Below, one piece after another: positions 10,027 to 19,832 of a stretch of 64,000 bases of DNA (positions are counted from its first letter, which is position 1; every line of letters starts with the position of its first letter). The stretch comes from Pseudomonadota bacterium. Lineage in GTDB: Bacteria > Bdellovibrionota > Bdellovibrionia > Bdellovibrionales > Bdellovibrionaceae. Below the pieces are notes generated by a model. It saw only the letters and a program-made list of their open reading frames with translations, was not told the DNA's origin and ran no database searches. The stretch lies in assembly GCA_041178425.1 (NCBI GenBank), contig JBEGVH010000026.1:1-64000 (forward strand), in the 5' to 3' direction. The position numbers were made by a program, and so were the translations under genes.

Positions 10027-10980
10027 ATGCTTTTTCAATTGGTCTACGGAGAAAAATATTTAACAAGGGTAGGTACGAAGGCAGTTTTTCTTCAGAGTTT
10101 CGTATCTATTGTTTTGCTAGTTTACTCCGTTTCTCTGCGGGCCATCAATACTCTCAATGAAGGTTTTAAAGTACTTCCGAGTGGAAAAGTATCTGTGCAA
10201 GGGCACGGAACTTGTCGAACCTTCGTGAATGCCAGTGCAACAAAAAGTTATTTTATTCCCACTAAAACGTCTAATGAGTACAGCACCTTTGTTTCGAATA
10301 AACCGGCCGATATTAGTTATACCACTTGTCGTTCTTGCAGTGAGATCAAAACTAACAGCGGCGATTATTTAGGGAGTGGCACCTACACGATCGATCCCGA
10401 TGGCGATGGTACGGGTATCGCGGCCTTATCTGCCTACTGTGACATGGTCACCGATGGTGGTGGCTGGACGATGTGGTTCACCACCAATCAATTTTATCAC
10501 CTAGCAGATAGCACCACCAGCAGTGTGGCCTACGGCACCGCTGGATACTCCGTGGATTTAAGATCGTTACCCATCAAAGAAATACTTTATGTTCGGCATA
10601 GCGATGGCGCGAAAGATTGGTTTACGCGTGATTCAGGTACAACCTTTAAAGTGTCTGATTACATTTCGTCGGGTGTTCTCAGTGTGGCCGGTAATACCCT
10701 CGGCACCTGGACGGGCAAAGGCGGCGCTTCCACAGCCTGGAGTTATCAGTTGGTGATCGGTGATAAAACCTGGATGCAGGTGGGATTTATGATGTCGGGC
10801 TATACGGGTAGTTGTTGGAAGGCTCCCAACAATTGGTGTAGTGACGGCTCATCGAATTTTTATCGCCTCGATGGCGAGGGCAATGGCGTCGCCGATTATA
10901 GCGCTTATCACGGTGTTTCGTTTCGTCAAAATGGGCATGGTTACCTCTCGAATCAATTGATGTCGGTGGGAGTGAGGTAG
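10027..10980 (+). CDS. Exported fibrinogen-related (FReD/intelectin-like) domain protein
   Basis: RSCSEIK...SGTYTIDPDG...AYCDMVTDGGGWT fibrinogen N-terminal motif; hydrophobic leader; N-domain shared with the next gene. Confidence 0.75.
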   Translation: MLFQLVYGEKYLTRVGTKAVFLQSFVSIVLLVYSVSLRAINTLNEGFKVLPSGKVSVQGHGTCRTFVNASATKSYFIPTKTSNEYSTFVSNKPADISYTTCRSCSEIKTNSGDYLGSGTYTIDPDGDGTGIAALSAYCDMVTDGGGWTMWFTTNQFYHLADSTTSSVAYGTAGYSVDLRSLPIKEILYVRHSDGAKDWFTRDSGTTFKVSDYISSGVLSVAGNTLGTWTGKGGASTAWSYQLVIGDKTWMQVGFMMSGYTGSCWKAPNNWCSDGSSNFYRLDGEGNGVADYSAYHGVSFRQNGHGYLSNQLMSVGVR

Positions 10981-10984
10981 ATTC

Positions 10985-12115
10985 ATGAATAAATGTTTCA
11001 TCCTCCTCCTTTTTGTTGTCGCGCGCTCGTCAGTAAGTAGCGCCATCAATACCACGAACGAAGGATACCAACTCACCACGAACACTCGAAAAATAATTTA
11101 TGCCAATAGTATTTGCCGCGTGTTTATGAACACGAGCACAACGAAGACCTATTTTATTCCAACAAAAACAGCGCCTGAATTTAACTCTTTCATTAGTAAT
11201 CCACCCTCAGGAGTGGTCGTTGATACATGTCGGTCGTGCAATGATTTAAAAATTGGCAGTGGTGGAACTCTGGCGAGTGGAGTGTACGATATAGATCCCG
11301 ATGGTTCGGGTGGGCTCGGTACCGTGAAGTTTCTTTGTGATATGACCACTCAAGGCGGAGGATGGACTCTGGTGTGGTCAAACACACGCGGAGGCACGAA
11401 TAAGCCAGTCACCTCAATCACGTGGACTAATGCCACGGCTGGCGGTGTGAGATGTTCAACGGCGAATAGCTCCACCTACGATTTTTCTGGCAGCTGCTCG
11501 ATGATTAGCTCCAATAAAGAAGCCTTTAATTATTTTGTGGGCTTGAACACGTGGAACGCTCTTGGTCGTAACAAACAGTATATGGAGTTTCGCTACACCT
11601 GGAGTTCGGCCTATGGTGTAGCCACCCAGCAAGAAGCTCGCTTTGCCATGCAAAAATTCGATTCTGGCGATAACTATGTCATACGACTCTCCAACATCAA
11701 TCAAACCGTTGGGAGCCAATCTCCAGGTATTTATTCGTATCACAGTGCGAGTGGGTATGCCTTTACCACTTCCGACGCCGATCACGATGTTTACGGCGCC
11801 AACTGCTCCTCTTTATACACCAATAGCCCATTTTGGTATGGAGCCTGTTGGAGCGGAAACATGAATGGCGGGGGAGAGAACGGCCCAGGCACGGGCTATC
11901 AGAATGCTGCTTATTGGACGGGAGCGACCAACGCCGACGGTAACTCTTCGGGTGACGGTGGTGGCAATGGCTGGATGTGGATCCGGGAGTCAGACTACTA
12001 CTACAGTTGCGCCGAGGCCAAAAATATTGGTGGATTCATTAACTCGGGAACTTATACTATTGATTCTGATGGGCCAGGGGGGGCGGCTGCCGTCAGCACC
12101 AACTGTACGATGTGA
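10985..12115 (+). CDS. Exported fibrinogen C-terminal-like (FReD) domain protein
   Basis: Signal peptide; SGVYDIDPDG...CDMTTQGGGWTLV and FTTSDADHD...NCS...FWYGACWSGNMNG FReD motifs. Confidence 0.85.
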   Translation: MNKCFILLLFVVARSSVSSAINTTNEGYQLTTNTRKIIYANSICRVFMNTSTTKTYFIPTKTAPEFNSFISNPPSGVVVDTCRSCNDLKIGSGGTLASGVYDIDPDGSGGLGTVKFLCDMTTQGGGWTLVWSNTRGGTNKPVTSITWTNATAGGVRCSTANSSTYDFSGSCSMISSNKEAFNYFVGLNTWNALGRNKQYMEFRYTWSSAYGVATQQEARFAMQKFDSGDNYVIRLSNINQTVGSQSPGIYSYHSASGYAFTTSDADHDVYGANCSSLYTNSPFWYGACWSGNMNGGGENGPGTGYQNAAYWTGATNADGNSSGDGGGNGWMWIRESDYYYSCAEAKNIGGFINSGTYTIDSDGPGGAAAVSTNCTM

Positions 12116-12127
12116 GGACAATTGAAA

Positions 12128-13267
12128 TTAAATAAGTTCTTCTAATTCGCAAAAGGCAGTAAAAGGTAAAATTCTAATTCTATCATCGACCTTTTTATCC
12201 AGTTTGCCTCGGTGAACTTGGTAAAACTTGGGTATATTGGTCCGCTGGGCAAAATAATTTATATGAGGAGAAAGATTCCTCTCGCCGGTTTTACATTCGA
12301 CGGCGAAGAGAGGTTTTTTGTTTTTAATGACTACAAAATCAACTTCTCGTCCTAAAACATCTCTTAAAAAACGCAACTCCATTTTGTCGCCAAAACAATC
12401 TTCATGATAATGACAAAATTTTAAAAGATGGCCAGCAACAAAGTTTTCCCAGAGGGCGCCCTGATCTTGATGTTCGCTCCAGTCCCATAGAAAAAGTTTT
12501 TGTTCCTTTTTAACGGCCTTAATTTTTGGAGCCCCAAAGGGAGATATTCGGTAACAGTAATAGACGTTTTCTAAAATGGAAATCCATTTTTCTACAGTTT
12601 TAAAGTCGACTTCTAAATCTTGAGCGAGATTTTTTTTGGAGAGGGGTGATCCTACTCTGTCTGGTAGCGCGTCGATTAAGATTTCGATTTGAGAGATTTC
12701 ACGAACATTTTCGAGGTCACGAATGTCTGAATAAACTATTCTTTCTTTTCGTTGTCGATGCCACCTCTTGAGGTGAGTTGGGCTCTTCTTTAAAAAAGGC
12801 TCCGGAAATCCCCCAAACGTCATGAGCCGTTCAACATCACCGCTTGGAAACTGCTTTTTTAATTCAGGAATAGTCAGCGGATGCATCCGAAAATAATGAT
12901 ACCGACCAAGCAACGAATCGCCACCTTTTCTGTAGTAGTCGAGTCGAGCAGATCCCGTCACCAAAAAATGATGCGTATTTTTCAACTTGTCGTAAAAGCC
13001 CTTGATCAAGTTTCGCCAATTTTTAAATTTATGAATTTCATCGAGCACGATTAGTTTTTCGGTCGCTGGCCATTCACCTTTTTGTATTCGTTTTTTGTCG
13101 TCGAGTGAGTCCCAGTTGAGGTAGGCGCGGTGTCGATCTTTAAAGTTTTTTATTAAGGACTGGGCAAATGTGGTTTTGCCCACTTGCCTGGGGCCCCCTA
13201 AAAATACCATTTTTTCTTCTAAATCGGCTCTAATTTGTTTTTCTAGGTATCGAAGTAAAGTAGACAT
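12128..13267 (-). CDS. AAA+ ATPase (AAA_14) with internal HTH and DUF4143 domain
   Basis: GPRQVGKTT Walker A, LDEIHK Walker B, VTGSA, FGGFPEP, NLAQDLEVDFKTVEKW HTH, REVDFV...AVECK nuclease-like C-terminus. Confidence 0.9.
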   Translation of the reverse strand: MSTLLRYLEKQIRADLEEKMVFLGGPRQVGKTTFAQSLIKNFKDRHRAYLNWDSLDDKKRIQKGEWPATEKLIVLDEIHKFKNWRNLIKGFYDKLKNTHHFLVTGSARLDYYRKGGDSLLGRYHYFRMHPLTIPELKKQFPSGDVERLMTFGGFPEPFLKKSPTHLKRWHRQRKERIVYSDIRDLENVREISQIEILIDALPDRVGSPLSKKNLAQDLEVDFKTVEKWISILENVYYCYRISPFGAPKIKAVKKEQKLFLWDWSEHQDQGALWENFVAGHLLKFCHYHEDCFGDKMELRFLRDVLGREVDFVVIKNKKPLFAVECKTGERNLSPHINYFAQRTNIPKFYQVHRGKLDKKVDDRIRILPFTAFCELEELI

Positions 13268-13270
13268 AAT

Positions 13271-13296
13271 TCCACTTTACTTCGAAGTAAAGTGGA
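13271..13296. promoter_or_regulatory. Perfect 26-bp palindrome (putative operator) over the ATPase promoter
   Basis: TCCACTTTACTTCGAAGTAAAGTGGA equals its reverse complement; minus strand reads TTGACT-16 bp-TAAAGT-6 bp-ATG. Confidence 0.75.
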
Positions 13297-13449
13297 GTCA
13301 AGTCCAAGCGGATAGATTGTGGGCTGTGGGTCGGTGTTTGAGATAAAAGTGCAGAAGCTTACGCTCAAGGGCCAGTAAAAAGGGCCAACAGGAGAGGCGT
13401 TTATTTTTCCTCTAATGGTCGTATCTTAAATCTAAACAATTCTATCGAA

Positions 13450-15087
13450 CTACCAATCAATGGGCTGGTAATCTTTTAAAAATTTTCCGCACCAATGGTG
13501 ACCACTATTCATTCCGTAAAAGAAAGGATCGCAAATGCGAGCCGCCCCATCCACAATATCGAGTGGCGGTTGAAAGTCGTGGGTGGCTTGATTTTTTTGT
13601 GAGAGTTGGGCTGGGTCTTCGTCGGTTACCCAACCGGTATCCACCGCGTTCATGTAAATACCATCTTTCGCTAAATCCGACGCTGACGTGTGCGTGAGCA
13701 TATTCAGAGCGGCCTTCGCCATATTAGTGTGCGGGTGGCGATCCGGTTTAGTGAAGCGATAGAATTTTCCTTCCATGGCCGTCACATTCACAATGTGTTT
13801 ATCACCAGTGTAATCACGGCGCATGAGGGGTGAGAGTTTGCTGCACAAAACAAAGGGTGCTACCGCATTGATAAGTTGCACCTCCAAAAGTTCTGGTGTG
13901 GGCACGTCGTTAAGTTTGTAGCGCCAGCTGTTGGTTTCGCGCAAATCCACTTGTTGAAGATCGGCATCGAGTTTTCCCACCGGAAAAACCTCTTCGGCCT
14001 TAATGCGGCTATCAAACGAGTAGGGCATTTGTGAGAGTTGCGCCGACGCCAAGATTCCCATGCCGGGGCCTAGTTGCGACCACTCTATTGGGAGAGCGCT
14101 GTCTTTGGATGCACCCGAAAGACAAAGATCTTGCACTTGTTGTTTACACTGATGAAAGTTTTCAAGAAGCGCTTGCGCCTTCGTTGGAAGAGTGTCGAGT
14201 GCGGCCATCTCTTGCTCCATCATGTGGGCAAAAAAACCGGGCGGGCGTCGCACCGTTTGTGCGGCATTGTTTATAAGAATATCAAGGCGCGGGAGTTTTT
14301 GGTTCATATAGGCAGTAAAGATCTCCACGCTGGGAGTGTGGCGAAGATCAAGACCATAAATTTCTAAGCGCTCCGACCACTGATCGTAATCAGGTTCTTT
14401 AGCAAAGCGAAGAGCGGAATCGACCGGAAACCGGGTGGTGGCAATCACTCGAGCACCCGCTCGGAGCATCATTAATGTGGCCTGATACCCAATTTTCAAT
14501 CGAGACCCAGTGATCAAAGCAATGCGCCCATGAAGGGGTGCTGATTGAAAACGTTTTTGGTAATTCACTTCGCCGCATGTCCAGCACATGGCATCGTAGA
14601 AGTAATGAAGCTTAGTAAACTCTGCCTTGCACACATAGCAGTTCCTTGGCGAGTGGAGTTCACCCGGCGAACTGAGTGGTGCCCCCTCGGCTGAGGCTGT
14701 TATTTGCGCTGGAGCCACAAAGACACTCGTGGTGCGTGCTTCACGAATACCGGTTTTTGCGCGAGCGGAGCGATCGTTAATGACCACGTGCTTGTGTCGT
14801 TCGGTGTAGCTGGCTTTTTGGCGTTTTTTTAAGTCATCACGGTGAGGGCGGGCTAAGCGACCGGCAGCTTTTAAGAGCGCAATCCGCTCGGCTTCGCTGA
14901 GTTGGGCAAAGAGTTCGGGTTGATCCGCGAGCGTTTCGAGTGTGCGCAAACAATTTTGAAAAGTGGACTCTGGCACAGTCTCTGTGTTGGCCGTCTTATT
15001 AGTTTCTGTTGGATGGGGCACGCAGGGATCCTTTTTTAAGTGACTCAAAGAAGGCGCCATCCTTTCAAAGGGGTGCGTTTGGGTCAA
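13450..15087 (-). CDS. SDR-family NAD(P)-dependent oxidoreductase with N-terminal Cys4 zinc-ribbon
   Basis: CYVC...[48 protein letters not shown]. Confidence 0.85.
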   Translation of the reverse strand: MTQTHPFERMAPSLSHLKKDPCVPHPTETNKTANTETVPESTFQNCLRTLETLADQPELFAQLSEAERIALLKAAGRLARPHRDDLKKRQKASYTERHKHVVINDRSARAKTGIREARTTSVFVAPAQITASAEGAPLSSPGELHSPRNCYVCKAEFTKLHYFYDAMCWTCGEVNYQKRFQSAPLHGRIALITGSRLKIGYQATLMMLRAGARVIATTRFPVDSALRFAKEPDYDQWSERLEIYGLDLRHTPSVEIFTAYMNQKLPRLDILINNAAQTVRRPPGFFAHMMEQEMAALDTLPTKAQALLENFHQCKQQVQDLCLSGASKDSALPIEWSQLGPGMGILASAQLSQMPYSFDSRIKAEEVFPVGKLDADLQQVDLRETNSWRYKLNDVPTPELLEVQLINAVAPFVLCSKLSPLMRRDYTGDKHIVNVTAMEGKFYRFTKPDRHPHTNMAKAALNMLTHTSASDLAKDGIYMNAVDTGWVTDEDPAQLSQKNQATHDFQPPLDIVDGAARICDPFFYGMNSGHHWCGKFLKDYQPIDW

Positions 15088-15752
15088 GGGATGGAGCGAC
15101 TTTTCTTTGCGGAGGATTTTTTATTGTAAAAAGAATAGAGCAAACTTCCTCCTTGTATTTTGGCGATGAGCCATTCGATCAGTCGCGATTCGACAGCTGG
15201 GCAGCCAAGACTACGCCCTAAACGCCCAAACTTTTCAATGAGTTTAGGAGTCACATACCAGGCACCATGAATAACAATACCGCGCATATATGCGAGGTTA
15301 TTACGTTCTTCGAGGCCATGGAGTCGCAAGGCTAAACCCACCGAGTCAGATTTGTAAGGCTCTCCCGTTTTCATAAAGCCCAATGAGGTTTGAAAACTAT
15401 TCGGTTTATTCGAGAAAGTGTTGGCCTCTTTACGGCCCGAACCGCGCCCGTGCGACACATAGAGCTTAAAGATTTTCTGTCGTTTAATATCAAAAAGGTA
15501 AAGGCGCTTTTCCGTTGACGGTTTGGTGTAATCAATCACTGTAACATAATTCTTGTTCGTGATTTTGTCGGAGTGAGATCGTAGGTAGTCAAAGGCCTTA
15601 TCAAAGGCAAACAGATTAATGCCTTGCTGTTGCGCTAAGACGCGAAGCTTTTTAATGCTTTGGTCTTTATCGTTGTTAGAGTCCGCAAAACTCACTGATC
15701 CCAAAAGACAGAGTAGCAAGGTCAAGCGCAAGAAGTATGGCATTTGAAACAC
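15084..15752 (-). CDS. Murein L,D-transpeptidase catalytic-domain protein (YkuD_2-type)
   Basis: [52 protein letters not shown]; signal peptide; start may be ATG 15743. Confidence 0.88.
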   Translation of the reverse strand: MFQMPYFLRLTLLLCLLGSVSFADSNNDKDQSIKKLRVLAQQQGINLFAFDKAFDYLRSHSDKITNKNYVTVIDYTKPSTEKRLYLFDIKRQKIFKLYVSHGRGSGRKEANTFSNKPNSFQTSLGFMKTGEPYKSDSVGLALRLHGLEERNNLAYMRGIVIHGAWYVTPKLIEKFGRLGRSLGCPAVESRLIEWLIAKIQGGSLLYSFYNKKSSAKKSRSIP

Positions 15753-15934
15753 CCCCCGATGTTTAGCGTTGAGGTGTCACAGATCATAATGAGACCCGAA
15801 AAGACATCGAAAGATTGGTTAATGTGTTTTTAAAAGGCGCATAAGAAGAGTGATTGGGCAGAGACTATAATTTGTAGTGAGCGTTTTGAAAAAAAGAAAT
15901 GGGAGGAAGGGTTTGTGATGAGAGGGTGTAAAAA

Positions 15935-15966
15935 TAAAAAAGCGGGCTCGATGGCCCGCTTTTTTA
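15935..15966. terminator. Intrinsic terminator downstream of the pilin gene
   Basis: A-tract-GCGGGC-tcgatg-GCCCGC-T-tract. Confidence 0.85.
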
Positions 15967-15975
15967 GAAAGTTTA

Positions 15976-16539
15976 TTACAGGGCTCCAGTTGGCTGAGTC
16001 AGGAGTTTTCCATCAGTAATTTGAAGGACACTAAGTAATCCGTCCGGGTGCAGTTCCTGCTTGGCTTCGGCCCTCGCTAGAAACGTCCATCCGGTGGCAC
16101 CTTTCGTTACTGCGCCACCCGTGAGTGTCGCAACAACTGAAGCCATATTTTTGCAATTTGCTGGCTTAGCAACACAGTAGGCTTGAGTGTTGGTTTGAGC
16201 GTCGCCGTTGTACGCTCCATTTTGGGTAACCCAATTTGTACTGGTTCCCGCGCCGGCAGGAAATCCAATACTAAAATAGTAACTACCTTCGGGTTTATAT
16301 CCGATAAGTGGCAGTCTCGAATCGTACTCCGACCACTCCGAATAAAACGCCTTCTCGGCCGTGTAGATACCCGTCAAACCGGCTTTGGCTTCGGTGAGAC
16401 GAGCTTTGTAAGTGAATTTTTGAAATTGCGGCATCGCCACTGAAGCAAGGATCCCAATGATGGCCACAACCACCATAAGTTCCACGAGTGAGAAACCCGC
16501 ATTGCCCGCTGAACGGGTGTTCTTTAAATTCAGAGTCAT
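15976..16539 (-). CDS. pilA: Type IV major pilin
   Basis: GGGGAGG RBS before ATG 16539; class III signal G|FSLVELMVVVAIIGILASVAMPQF; Cys pair; own terminator. Confidence 0.85.
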   Translation of the reverse strand: MTLNLKNTRSAGNAGFSLVELMVVVAIIGILASVAMPQFQKFTYKARLTEAKAGLTGIYTAEKAFYSEWSEYDSRLPLIGYKPEGSYYFSIGFPAGAGTSTNWVTQNGAYNGDAQTNTQAYCVAKPANCKNMASVVATLTGGAVTKGATGWTFLARAEAKQELHPDGLLSVLQITDGKLLTQPTGAL

Positions 16540-16857
16540 GAATCCTCCCCTAAAAGGTCTTTCAATATCAAACAAAAATTGTTTGTAAGATGTATGCTTT
16601 TTATTAGTATAGCAAACTGTTTTAGAATGAAAAGAGAGAATAAAAAAGAAGATCCCGTCCTCGACGGGAGCACTGAAAAACCAATCCTAATTCAAGCTAA
16701 TCATTTTTAGCTGCGAGTCGATCAAAACTTCGACGAAGGTAGTGTTTCAAAGCGAGATCAAAATCGAGTCCTTCGACTTCTGACGCGCCCCAAATAGTCA
16801 TCGACGCCTGAGCAATTTATGGGTATGCAGGGGTGACGAACAAAAAGGATTCTTGCC

Positions 16858-18096
16858 GTGAAAAATGAAAAGTCTGTTTTCTTTGAAGCGCTTCGGTATC
16901 CTGCCCTTTGGGTGGGAGCTCTTGGGTATTTTGTTGATCTCTACGATCTGGTTCTTTTTGGTGCTGTTCGCGTGGCGAGCTTGAAGTCGCTGGGAGTGCC
17001 CGAGTCGGAGTTGCTGAGCACCGGTGCATTTTTGTTAAACGCGCAAATGGGCGGATTACTTTTGGGTGGCTTTGTTTGGGGAGTTTTGGGTGATAAAAAA
17101 GGACGCCTCACGGTTTTGTACGGATCTATTTTGTTGTATTCGGTGGCCTATCTGTTTAATGCGACTGTCACCTCTGTATCGGCCTATGGCTTTTGGCGCT
17201 TTCTCGGAGGTTTTGGTTTAGCCGGAGAGTTGGGCGGGGCCGTTACGTTGATGGCCGAAATTCTTCCGAAAAGAGCGCGAGGCTACGGCTCGACCATTAT
17301 TGGCCTGGCCGGCTTTTTAGGAGCACTACTTGCGGCCACGGTGGCGCAAGTAATTCCATGGCGTTGGGCCTATGCCTCAGGGGGAGCTTTGGGGCTCCTC
17401 TTGTTGGTGGTGCGCCTGAGGAGTCGAGAGTCAGACCTGTTTGCGCGCGCCAAAGAGTCGCAGCAAAAAAAAGGAGATCTCTGGCAGCTGTTGGCACAGC
17501 CACGATTGCGTCTTCGGTTTTTGAAAAGCCTTGTTATTGGTCTTCCAATTTGGCTGATCTCGGGCGTTCTTATTTATTTTGCTCCCGAGCTAGCAAGCGA
17601 GATGGGAATTCTTCAGCCTGTGTCGGCGGCGCAGGCCATCTTTTGGTCGTACGCGGGAACTATTTTTGGCGATGTGCTCAGTGGGTTTGTGAGTCAGCAA
17701 CTAAAAAGTCGAAAAAAATTAATCGCAATCTGTTTATCATTGTTAACACTGGCCATTCTCATTTATTGTTTTGGTTTACGTGGCGTGAGTAGTTCTGTCT
17801 TTTATGCCACTTGTTTTTTTATGGGATTGGGAACCGGCTACTGGGCTTTGTTTGTCTTAACAACAGCCGAACAATTTGGAACCAATCTTCGAGCCACGGT
17901 GGCTACGAGTGCCCCCAACATCGTGCGAGGAGCCGCGATTCCCCTGGTGGCCCTGTTTCGTTGGGGAAGCCCACTGTTTGGTGCTACCAATAGCGCCTTC
18001 GTTCTAGGGCTCGCCTGTCTTACGATAGCCGGATTTTCGCTCTATTATTTGCCTGAAACTTACGATAGTGAGCTTGATTTTCTTGAGCCTCACTAA
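16858..18096 (+). CDS. MFS transporter
   Basis: 12-TM pattern; LGYFVDLYD, GVLGDKKGRL (motif A), RFLGGFGLAGELG, AEQFGTNLRAT. Confidence 0.9.
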   Translation: MKNEKSVFFEALRYPALWVGALGYFVDLYDLVLFGAVRVASLKSLGVPESELLSTGAFLLNAQMGGLLLGGFVWGVLGDKKGRLTVLYGSILLYSVAYLFNATVTSVSAYGFWRFLGGFGLAGELGGAVTLMAEILPKRARGYGSTIIGLAGFLGALLAATVAQVIPWRWAYASGGALGLLLLVVRLRSRESDLFARAKESQQKKGDLWQLLAQPRLRLRFLKSLVIGLPIWLISGVLIYFAPELASEMGILQPVSAAQAIFWSYAGTIFGDVLSGFVSQQLKSRKKLIAICLSLLTLAILIYCFGLRGVSSSVFYATCFFMGLGTGYWALFVLTTAEQFGTNLRATVATSAPNIVRGAAIPLVALFRWGSPLFGATNSAFVLGLACLTIAGFSLYYLPETYDSELDFLEPH

Positions 18097-18099
18097 GCG

Positions 18100-19749
18100 C
18101 TATTTTTCTATTTCAAACGCAATTTGTTTATAGTTGAGTTGTAAATAACTTGGAGCTTTGGGGTCGTAAATTCGCCGCGCCTCACAGCTCTTTGGGTAGT
18201 TATAAGGGTTTTCTTCTTCGCTTGTTGGGCCGAAACGTTTTTCATAATCGGCAGCCTGTCGGTGAAGCGATTTGTGGAGTTCCTGGCGAGCTCTTACCAG
18301 AACACTATAATACGAAGGCATTAGATGCTCTTCGGTGTATTGTTTAAAGTTGCTTAGATTATCAAAGAGCTGCTGTGTTCCATAGGCGCAAGTTCCAAAC
18401 TCTTCCGACTGGGGGTTCGCAAGTATTTGTACATTCATGGCCGGAAAGTTTCCTTGAACATCAGCAAGAAGCTGAATGTGCGAGCCAATATGAAGGTAGT
18501 CTCCACAGGGAGCCTTGGTGACGATGTCGTTCTTGTTGACGACCCGGTAATAACCCATCTCTTGAATATTTCGAAGAGCATCAAAATACTGACTAAAGTA
18601 TTCGTTCCCCACCCGGGGAGACCCAAAAGTATATAGAGCTTTCAGATTGAGCCGCTTATGAAAGGGAACTTTTGTATTTCTCTCCATAAGTGCCGCCGAA
18701 ACGATGGTGGCAATAGCGCCACCCATGCTGTGGCCTGTGATAATAACGGGTGTCTGTGAAGCGTCGGTGTATCTTTCAAAAAAATCGTCGATCTCTTCGT
18801 AGAGCCATTTAGATAAAATCTCAAAGGCATTTTGAAAACCTTTGTGAACATTGCGCTCCCAAAACGGGAGGTAAGCCTGTTTTGATTGAAATGAGGTTGC
18901 AAAGTCGGTGGCCCAATCGATGGCATTGTCACCCTCGGTGCCGCGGAAGGCGATAATGAGATTTTTTGGGCCATCGAGCCAGAGAGCCTGAACATCCGGA
19001 GGTAAGTCGCGAGTGTAACGAAAATTCTCGCAGCTCACTTCGAAGTGAGGGTCTTCGTAGAGTTCGGCCAGTTTTAAATCGACAAAGTGTTGTTGCTCGT
19101 AACGGCGAACTTCTGCTTCGATCGATTCGCGATCAGTCTCCGCTTGCTGTTGGGCTTTTGCCGACAAAGGTTCTCCCTTTGCGAGTTTAGCGACGTTTCG
19201 TAAACGGGAGCGATCGAGGTACGTTTTTTCGAGATTTTGTTCGCACTCTTCGCCTTTAAGAGGGGGTGTTGAGTGGTCTTTGCGATGGCAATGGCGTTTT
19301 TCTTTTTTGATACACGCCTCGTAAGGCATGTTTGCGCCCACGAGTGAGAGGATATTGCGAACAGTCGATTTGTACTTTTTTGGTAGAACCGGCTTGCTCG
19401 TAAAAAAATCGAAATGGCCCTTCCATCCTAAGCCATACATTTCTTCGGTAGAGAGATGTGAACCGTCCTCTTTGCGCAGGGTAACTGTGACTTTTTTACC
19501 ACGAGGAGCATCGATGATTTGTTTAAAGGCGAGAGGGTCAAGATAGGAATAATGCGAAAACGCAGCCATCCAGTAGGCGGTTCGATAATCAAAGGCATTC
19601 GTGTCGCCGCAGAAGTCGAGTTGGCCATCTTTGGGCCAATCTACAGCGCGATGGGCGAAAAGATCCTTTTGTTTTTTAGGGGTGGCAATAGAGAGGGCAG
19701 AACAAAAAAGAATCGTCGTTGCGGTCAAGAGAGCTGCAAGGCGTTTCAT
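18100..19749 (-). CDS. Exported class 3 lipase
   Basis: Signal peptide from ATG 19749 (GAGG RBS); IAFRGTE, VHKGF, ITGHSMGG, YTFGSPRVGN, RVVNKNDIV. Confidence 0.88.
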   Translation of the reverse strand: MKRLAALLTATTILFCSALSIATPKKQKDLFAHRAVDWPKDGQLDFCGDTNAFDYRTAYWMAAFSHYSYLDPLAFKQIIDAPRGKKVTVTLRKEDGSHLSTEEMYGLGWKGHFDFFTSKPVLPKKYKSTVRNILSLVGANMPYEACIKKEKRHCHRKDHSTPPLKGEECEQNLEKTYLDRSRLRNVAKLAKGEPLSAKAQQQAETDRESIEAEVRRYEQQHFVDLKLAELYEDPHFEVSCENFRYTRDLPPDVQALWLDGPKNLIIAFRGTEGDNAIDWATDFATSFQSKQAYLPFWERNVHKGFQNAFEILSKWLYEEIDDFFERYTDASQTPVIITGHSMGGAIATIVSAALMERNTKVPFHKRLNLKALYTFGSPRVGNEYFSQYFDALRNIQEMGYYRVVNKNDIVTKAPCGDYLHIGSHIQLLADVQGNFPAMNVQILANPQSEEFGTCAYGTQQLFDNLSNFKQYTEEHLMPSYYSVLVRARQELHKSLHRQAADYEKRFGPTSEEENPYNYPKSCEARRIYDPKAPSYLQLNYKQIAFEIEK

Positions 19750-19832
19750 AGGGTGAGTTTCCTCGGTGTTTAAACAAAAGTTACTCATTCCCTAAAAACT
19801 AATCAAGAGTCTTTTTAAAATCTTTTAATATT

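Noticed and set aside
16540..16700. sigma54 promoter for pilA
   Set aside because: Candidates lack the -24 GG or have GG-N9-GC spacing
17193..17792. 199-aa alternative-frame ORF within the MFS gene, and similar shadow ORFs (4631-5143, 53353-53916, 56162-56614)
   Set aside because: They overlap well-supported genes and show no recognisable motifs
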